Origin: Actinomycetota bacterium
GTDB taxonomy: Bacteria > Actinomycetota > Acidimicrobiia > Acidimicrobiales > MedAcidi-G1
Direction of reading: 5' to 3'
NCBI GenBank assembly: GCA_014381945.1
Contig: JACNKQ010000036.1
Span: forward strand, 14,739 to 78,738
DNA length: 64,000 bases
Shown: in pieces, positions 56,863-64,000 of the stretch
Layout: every line of letters starts with the position of its first letter
Position numbering within the stretch: position 1 is the stretch's first letter
Program-made: the position numbers and the translations under genes
The notes under the pieces: model-generated
Databases searched by the model: none
Told to the model about the DNA's origin: nothing
The model's input: the letters and a program-made list of their open reading frames with translations, nothing else

Positions 56863-56977
56863 AAGTGACACGAGGCCCGTCCCCCTATCACTTGGCAAGT
56901 GACACGAGGCCCGTCCCCCTATCACTTCCGTCCCCCTATCACTTCCGTCCCCCTATCACTTCGTCCCCCTATCACTT
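56863..56977. repeat. nested direct repeats: 2 x 31-bp unit (period 34), then 3 shorter units; core CGTCCCCCTATCACTT x5
   Basis: AAGTGACACGAGGCCCGTCCCCCTATCACTT occurs at 56863-56893 and 56897-56927. CCGTCCCCCTATCACTT occurs at 56928-56944 and 56945-56961. CGTCCCCCTATCACTT occurs at 56962-56977. Confidence 0.9.
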
Positions 56978-56985
56978 GCTAGCTC

Positions 56986-57432
56986 GTGACCCGGCGGGTG
57001 ATCGCTAGCCTGCGCCGCGTGAACCGCCGGAACGCCCTCGTCATCAGCGTGCTGTTCGCACTGGGGGCCGGTGCGATGACGGCTGCAGTGCTGGTGGCCG
57101 GCAGCGGCAGCGGCGACGTGGCGGTCGATTCGAACCCTGCTGTGCGTGAACTCCTGCCACCACGCAACGACTCCGTCCTGCCGCAGTCAAACGTCGGGGC
57201 GATCCTGTCGGCTGGCTGGTCCGGTGAGATCATCCACATCGGCGGCACGGTCATCCCGCTCGATCAGCAGCGGCTCGAGCCGGCGCTCAACTCGGTGGTC
57301 TTCCGGCCGGGCGAAGGGCTGGCGTTGCGACGGCTGCCGCCCGGCGACCTGTGTGCCACGGTGCGCTACTGGCCGACCCGTACCCCGGACCGCACGGCCA
57401 CGATCGACTGGTGCTTCCGCGTCGACAGTTGA
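56986..57432 (+). CDS. hypothetical membrane-anchored protein
   Basis: 148-aa ORF with a GTG start and one N-terminal TM (ALVISVLFALGAGAMTAAVLVAG). Composition is plausible. I recognise no family. Confidence 0.5.
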   Translation: MTRRVIASLRRVNRRNALVISVLFALGAGAMTAAVLVAGSGSGDVAVDSNPAVRELLPPRNDSVLPQSNVGAILSAGWSGEIIHIGGTVIPLDQQRLEPALNSVVFRPGEGLALRRLPPGDLCATVRYWPTRTPDRTATIDWCFRVDS

Positions 57433-57451
57433 GGCGCTCTGGTTGTGGGAT

Positions 57452-59512
<2,061 letters not shown>

Positions 59513-59573
59513 TCAAGTCTACCGGCGGCCCCCTCGGCGGCCGGGAAGCACATGGTTCCCGTAGCGTTGCATC

Positions 59574-60440
59574 GTGCAGCGAGAGAGCATTCCCGTCTGG
59601 GCCCTGCGCGCCACATGGCTGGTGCAGCCCGTGACGCTCGGGCCGGCGCTGGCCGACGGGCTCCACAACCTCGACGGCCGCACATTTCTCTCGGTAGCCG
59701 TGTGGGTGCTCTGGGGGCTGGGCCTGCTGGCGACGCTGGTCCCCCGCCCGGTCACACTGACCGCAATCCGCATCGGCGGCCCGGCGGCGGCGGCGCTCTC
59801 GGTGTGGACGGCGACCGCGGTCGACGACACGACCCTCGTGGTGGTCGGCCTGGTCGGCGCCTTCGTGCTCGGCGTGCTCTCCCTCTGGCCGGCGGTCGCC
59901 GACGCCTGTGTCGACGGCGCCTCCTACGGCGACGAGAAGCGATTCCTGCTGCGGGCGCCCGGCCCGGTGGTGCTGGCCCTCGGCCCCATCGCCTGGGCGC
60001 TGGCCGTGGCCGGCGTCGTGGCCGGACCGCTGTTGCTGGCGGCCGGGGACACGGCGGTAGGCGTAGCCGCCTGTGTGGCCGGGCTGCCGATCGCCGCCGC
60101 CTCGGTGCGGGCGCTCCACCACCTGCACCGCCGTTGGATCGTGCTGGTTCCGGCCGGGTTCGTGCTCCACGACCACCTGGCCCTGGCCGACCCCACGCTG
60201 GTTCCGCGCGACGCGATCGCCTCCGTCGGTCCGGCACCGGCCGACACCGACGCCCACGACCTCACCCAGTCGGCCCGTGGACTGCTCCTCGAGGTGCGCT
60301 GCCGGGAGCCCCACGACCTGCGCCCCGCCAGCCGCGACGGCTCCGCCGAGGTGGTGGTCACCGAGGCGTTCCTGTGCGCCCCCACCCGCCCCGACGCCGT
60401 CCTCGCCGAGGCAAGGCGCCGCCGACTGCCGGTGGGCTGA
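59574..60440 (+). CDS. hypothetical integral membrane protein
   Basis: 288-aa ORF with about 5-6 hydrophobic segments followed by a soluble C-terminal region. I recognise no family. Confidence 0.55.
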   Translation: MQRESIPVWALRATWLVQPVTLGPALADGLHNLDGRTFLSVAVWVLWGLGLLATLVPRPVTLTAIRIGGPAAAALSVWTATAVDDTTLVVVGLVGAFVLGVLSLWPAVADACVDGASYGDEKRFLLRAPGPVVLALGPIAWALAVAGVVAGPLLLAAGDTAVGVAACVAGLPIAAASVRALHHLHRRWIVLVPAGFVLHDHLALADPTLVPRDAIASVGPAPADTDAHDLTQSARGLLLEVRCREPHDLRPASRDGSAEVVVTEAFLCAPTRPDAVLAEARRRRLPVG

Positions 60441-60570
60441 GGCGCCACAGTTCGATCGGGGTTCCCACCGCTTCTCTGTGGACCCACGGCCCTCGGAGTC
60501 CCCGGAGCGGACCGGCGATCTCGCGCTGAACAGGTCGGCAGACCTGCGCCAGACCCCCCGACTCGTCCGA

Positions 60571-61455
60571 CTACAGGGCCTCTATCGTCTCGACCATTGT
60601 GTCGAGTGTGAACCGTGACGCCATCAACGCGGCGAGGCTGATCTTCGGCTCGCGCATCACCTCGTCGTCATAGCCGAGCGCGTGTGCCACTTCGTCGAAC
60701 TCGAACACGAGGTTGCGTAACCGCTCGGGCGTGAACCCGTCAGGGCGGAGTTCTCTCGGAACACCGCTCCAGTCGATCGAGCCATCAGCGTCGAGCCTGA
60801 TCTGATTGTCATCACGGGAGTCGACGCGCGGACGATAGAGAAAGTTGTGCGCCAACTGCCCCGCCTCGTCGACGAAGAACCGCCCCTGAGTGGTGACCAG
60901 TTGGACGACAGGCGCAGCAGCACCCTCGATGATCCTGGTCGATCCGGTCTCGACGGCGAAGACGACCACCGTCTGACCCTCGTAGGCCCAGAACGTTCCC
61001 ATGGAGTAGCCGCTGCCCCGGATGTAACCGTCTTCCTGGGAAACCACGAACTCAGCGTTGACCGAACCCCTCAGCACATCCACGATCTTGATCACCGTCT
61101 CGCGAAATATCGTCGTGTGAGCAGCGATCCGGCGCTCGTCCTCCTGGTTCTCGCCCTCCGCGAAGACGACGGCGTCGTCCGGGCTTCCCGGACCGGCGCT
61201 GACAACCTCGCCGACAATGACGAGGTCCGATGCCTTGGCCATCTCCTGAACTGACCCGAACGCGTATTCGCGAGCATCACCCTGACTCTGGGGGAAGTCA
61301 ATTTGGCTGACCGCCGCCCGCTGCTCATCGGTCGCCGATGAAGCAACGTTTTCGTCAGAACCTGAGGTGGAACATGCCGTACCCGGGATGAGGAGGCAGA
61401 GCACAATGCAGGAGACTGCGGGTAGCGATATGGGACGGGGGAAGACGGCTGCCAT
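60571..61455 (-). CDS. hypothetical lipoprotein
   Basis: ATG 61455 (MAAVFPRPISLPAVSCIVLCLLIPGTAC|STSG), a lipobox-like signal. GC is lower than the surroundings. I recognise no family. Confidence 0.6.
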   Translation of the reverse strand: MAAVFPRPISLPAVSCIVLCLLIPGTACSTSGSDENVASSATDEQRAAVSQIDFPQSQGDAREYAFGSVQEMAKASDLVIVGEVVSAGPGSPDDAVVFAEGENQEDERRIAAHTTIFRETVIKIVDVLRGSVNAEFVVSQEDGYIRGSGYSMGTFWAYEGQTVVVFAVETGSTRIIEGAAAPVVQLVTTQGRFFVDEAGQLAHNFLYRPRVDSRDDNQIRLDADGSIDWSGVPRELRPDGFTPERLRNLVFEFDEVAHALGYDDEVMREPKISLAALMASRFTLDTMVETIEAL

Positions 61456-61475
61456 GTGGTGTTGCTCCCGTCCAA

Positions 61476-62093
61476 CTAGTACCACGTGTTGAGGTGATTG
61501 ACGTCATGGCTCGTGTAGTTGGTTTCAGTCCAATCCTGAGACATGCATCCCGGGTCGGGATCGTTCGGCGCCAGGAACCGATGGCCAAGCCCGACGCTGT
61601 GGCCCATTTCCTCACAGAGGAGTGATCGAGCCTCTGTCGTCGAGTAGGGCGTGACGTCGTTCGACGTGTCGATCCTTACTCTTCCGCTCGTGCACGACCC
61701 AAGATTGTAGGTCCCAACCGGATCAAGACACTTCCAACCGCCGTAAACCAAGCTTGACGCATAGAAGTTGGCGTCGTAAACCCATACATCGCCGGTACCA
61801 CCGGTTGGCGTGTAGGAGGCGTTCAGGTCGGTGGGATTCAACTGATTCGTGATCACCCATCCCACCGCATTCTGGACGACGCTGGTCAACCAGTCACCTC
61901 GGTACAGTGGCGTGTTGTCGGGAACATAGGTTCCGATGTCGTTGCTGGCAGAAGCAGGCGCCCACATCACAGCAACTGCGACAGCGCTGGTCACTGCAAT
62001 ACGTCGGAGGGTGCTCAACCTCCGCCTAACACGTCCACCGCGACCATTGCCCGAATCACTGCCAACCGGAGTCCGGTCGCGCGTCCACCGCAT
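61476..62093 (-). CDS. secreted metzincin-like protein with variant zinc motif
   Basis: 205-aa ORF with an RR-containing signal peptide (RRRLSTLRRIAVTSAVAVAVMWAPASA|S). The motif EEMGHSVGLGH matches the HExxHxxGxxH frame except for the first His. Confidence 0.6.
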   Translation of the reverse strand: MRWTRDRTPVGSDSGNGRGGRVRRRLSTLRRIAVTSAVAVAVMWAPASASNDIGTYVPDNTPLYRGDWLTSVVQNAVGWVITNQLNPTDLNASYTPTGGTGDVWVYDANFYASSLVYGGWKCLDPVGTYNLGSCTSGRVRIDTSNDVTPYSTTEARSLLCEEMGHSVGLGHRFLAPNDPDPGCMSQDWTETNYTSHDVNHLNTWY

Positions 62094-62431
62094 GAGACCG
62101 ACTGTAACGCCGAACCAACTCGCGTGTCGAACGCCCGAACATTTCGGTCACGCGCTGTCAGATTCAGTAAGTGAATTCACCGCGCTCTTCGCCCTGTTCA
62201 GGTGTCTTCATGCAAGGTATTCACCTTCAGTCAGTAGAGATACTAACGACACTGATCTCCAGCGTACGAGGTCATGTCCCCCTCCGTTACACCATTACCT
62301 GGGACTCAACTCAACGAGTTGTGTGGGGCATCGCTTGCTGGAACGACAAGTGAAATCTGAGCTTCCTTTGAATGAAGCCTCGACAAGACGACCGTGGGTG
62401 TCGGGCAGGCTGGCCAACCGATGTGCATTCC

Positions 62432-63466
62432 TCAATTGGCGGTGGCGCCGCCGAGGACCTGGTCGGCCTCGTAGAACGCGACGCTCTGGCCGGGGGCGAC
62501 GCGGCGGTGCGGTGCGGCCCAGCGGACACTGCCGCCCACCAGCTCCGCCTCGACCGCTGCGCCGTGGGCGCTGACCTGGGCCAGCACCGGGCCGGTGGCC
62601 GGGCCGTCGGCCCATGAGAACCCTCCGACCGGGGTGGTGTCGACCAGCAGGTCGTCGGCGTTGCCGACCGTGACCGTCGCCGTGGGCATGTCGACGGCGA
62701 CCGCGTAGCGCGGCTCGGCGGCACCGGCCAGTTCCATGCCCCTGCGCTGGCCGACGGTGACCAGCTCGACGGCATCGACCCGCCCCACCTCGGCGCCGGT
62801 GGCGTCGACCACCCTGCCCGGTGTGAGCGGGATGCGGCGGGAGAGGAAGTCGCCGCGGCCGTGCTCCCTGGTGATGAAGCAGACGTCCTGGCTGTCGGGC
62901 TTGCCTGCTGTGCGCAGGCCGAGTGAGGCGGCCCTCCGGCGCACCTCGTCCTTGGTGAGGTCGCCGACGGGCAGCTCCAGGCCCGACAGCTGGTCCTGGC
63001 CGAGCATGTGCAGCACATACGACTGGTCCTTGGCCGGGTCGGCGGGCCTGGCAATGCGCCGGGTGCCGTCGGAACGAGTAGCCACGCGGGCGTGGTGGCC
63101 GGTGGCGAGGCGGTCGAACCCGAGGGCCCGCGCCCGGTACAGCAGCCGGTCGAACTTGACATGCCGGTTGCACTCGATGCACGGGTTCGGGGTGCGCCCG
63201 GCGGCGTGTGCGGCGACATAGGGATCGACCACGTGGCGGTCGAAGTCGTCGCCCAGGTTGAACACGTGGTGCTCGATGCCCATGGCGTCGCAGACCCGGC
63301 GGGCGTCGTCCACGTCGGAGACGGCGCAGCAGCCCGAGTCGGACTCGCCACCCCAGAGCCGCAGGGTCACGCCCACGACCTCGCGGCCATCCTCGAGCAG
63401 CATTGCGGCGGCCACCGACGAGTCGACGCCGCCGGACATGGCGACCATCACCGGCGGGGCGCTCAC
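62432..63466 (-). CDS. mnmA: tRNA-specific 2-thiouridylase
   Basis: GTG 63466 overlaps the upstream stop (GTGA); the alternative start is ATG 63448. Contains the PP-loop MVAMSGGVDSSVAA and ...NPCIECNRHVKF... Confidence 0.9.
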   Translation of the reverse strand: MSAPPVMVAMSGGVDSSVAAAMLLEDGREVVGVTLRLWGGESDSGCCAVSDVDDARRVCDAMGIEHHVFNLGDDFDRHVVDPYVAAHAAGRTPNPCIECNRHVKFDRLLYRARALGFDRLATGHHARVATRSDGTRRIARPADPAKDQSYVLHMLGQDQLSGLELPVGDLTKDEVRRRAASLGLRTAGKPDSQDVCFITREHGRGDFLSRRIPLTPGRVVDATGAEVGRVDAVELVTVGQRRGMELAGAAEPRYAVAVDMPTATVTVGNADDLLVDTTPVGGFSWADGPATGPVLAQVSAHGAAVEAELVGGSVRWAAPHRRVAPGQSVAFYEADQVLGGATAN

Positions 63467-64000
63467 CTGGCGTGCTCCCGCAGGCGGGCCACGGCGGCCG
63501 GCACGGCGGCGAGGGCGTGGTCGACCTCGGCGTCGGTGGTGCCGAACCCCAGCGACAGGCGCAGCGAGCCGACGGCGGCGGCACGGTCGACGCCCATGGC
63601 GGCCAGCACGTGCGAGGGCTCCTGGGCGCCGCTGGCGCACGACGAGGCGGCGCTGGCACTGATGCCGTCACGCTCGAGCAGGAAAAGCAGCGCCTCGCTC
63701 TCGATGCCGGGGAAGCAGACGTGGGCGATGCCCGGCGTCCTCGGCACGCCGTCGGGGACGGTCCGACGGGCGTCGGGAACCGCCGAGAGCAGGCCCGCCT
63801 CGAGCCGGTCGCGCAGCGCCCCGACCCGGGCGGCTGTGGCATCCCGGTCGGCGGCGACGAGCGTGGCCGCCACACCCAGACCCACGATGGCCGGGACGTT
63901 CTGCGTGCCGCTGCGGCGCTCCCGTTCCTGGCCGCCGCCGCGCAGCATCGGGGCGACGGTGGCGCCGTCGCGCAGCACCAGGGCACCCGCCCCCTTGGGG
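63463..64000 (-). CDS. iscS: cysteine desulfurase (class V aminotransferase), C-terminal part; gene continues beyond the window
   Basis: The frame is open to the window edge (...PKGAGALVLRDG...GGGQERERRSGTQNV...SASSCASGAQEPSHVL...). It is followed by mnmA, as in other actinobacteria. Confidence 0.85.
   Translation of the reverse strand, partial: PKGAGALVLRDGATVAPMLRGGGQERERRSGTQNVPAIVGLGVAATLVAADRDATAARVGALRDRLEAGLLSAVPDARRTVPDGVPRTPGIAHVCFPGIESEALLFLLERDGISASAASSCASGAQEPSHVLAAMGVDRAAAVGSLRLSLGFGTTDAEVDHALAAVPAAVARLREHAR

Noticed and set aside
56788-56985. Replication origin / DnaA-box cluster
   Set aside because: The repeated core (TATCACTT) does not match the actinobacterial DnaA box (TTGTCCACA-like). 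The genomic context (gatCAB-kinase-ligA) is not the dnaA-dnaN region.
61936-62574. 212-aa plus-strand ORF open across the whole low-GC spacer (and the 60-aa ORF 62171..62353)
   Set aside because: The openness over about 340 nt of roughly 50 % GC is mildly surprising. However, the product is not protein-like (C/R/H/S-rich, then an R/G/P tail). It has no RBS and overlaps the starts or ends of both flanking minus-strand genes. It is kept only as a note in the islet finding.

Overview
High-GC (roughly 68-70 %) actinobacterial chromosomal segment. It is densely coding, with about 60 CDS. I saw no rRNA, tRNA, CRISPR array, transposase or integrase.

Backbone: the right half carries the conserved actinobacterial block iscS-mnmA ... 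ligA ... gatCAB ... ilvD / ilvBNC.

Left third: a lipid/steroid-ring-type catabolic cluster. It holds an IpdAB-like CoA-transferase, an IpdC-like flavoenzyme, two ACADs, many SDRs, a P450, an NTF2-like protein and a CaiB-type CoA-transferase. A sulfate-assimilation/siroheme operon (cysH, precorrin-2 dehydrogenase, cobA, sulfite reductase) sits in the middle of it.

Centre:
- NUDIX hydrolase, P-type ATPase, glutamate dehydrogenase and a WhiB regulator.
- A MaoC-like hydratase and a CoA-transferase.
- A very acidic membrane-anchored protein.
- An aldehyde dehydrogenase, amidohydrolase, O-methyltransferase and thiolase group.
- A MarR-led kynurenine-pathway operon (3-HAO, kynureninase, KMO, TDO) that continues into an aldehyde dehydrogenase, a DapA-like protein and an aspartate-dehydrogenase-like protein.

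Most notable observations:
1. A Bcp-type peroxiredoxin whose peroxidatic-Cys codon is an in-frame TGA followed by a SECIS-like hairpin, making it a candidate selenoprotein.
2. A recurrent 15-bp palindrome, CTGAC-N5-GTCAG, found only in divergent promoter regions of catabolic genes.
3. Three distinct short tandem-repeat arrays in intergenic spacers: a 14-bp repeat that builds a chain of ATGA-coupled mini-ORFs, a 9-bp x8 array between ilvN and ilvC, and nested 16/17/34-bp iterons upstream of a PASTA kinase.
4. A low-GC islet with a variant-motif metzincin-like protein.
5. A hairpin plus U-tract in the ilvB leader.

Many long track ORFs are R/P/G-rich antisense or 5-prime-extension artefacts of high GC. 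Starts were re-assigned by eye and are less certain than stops.
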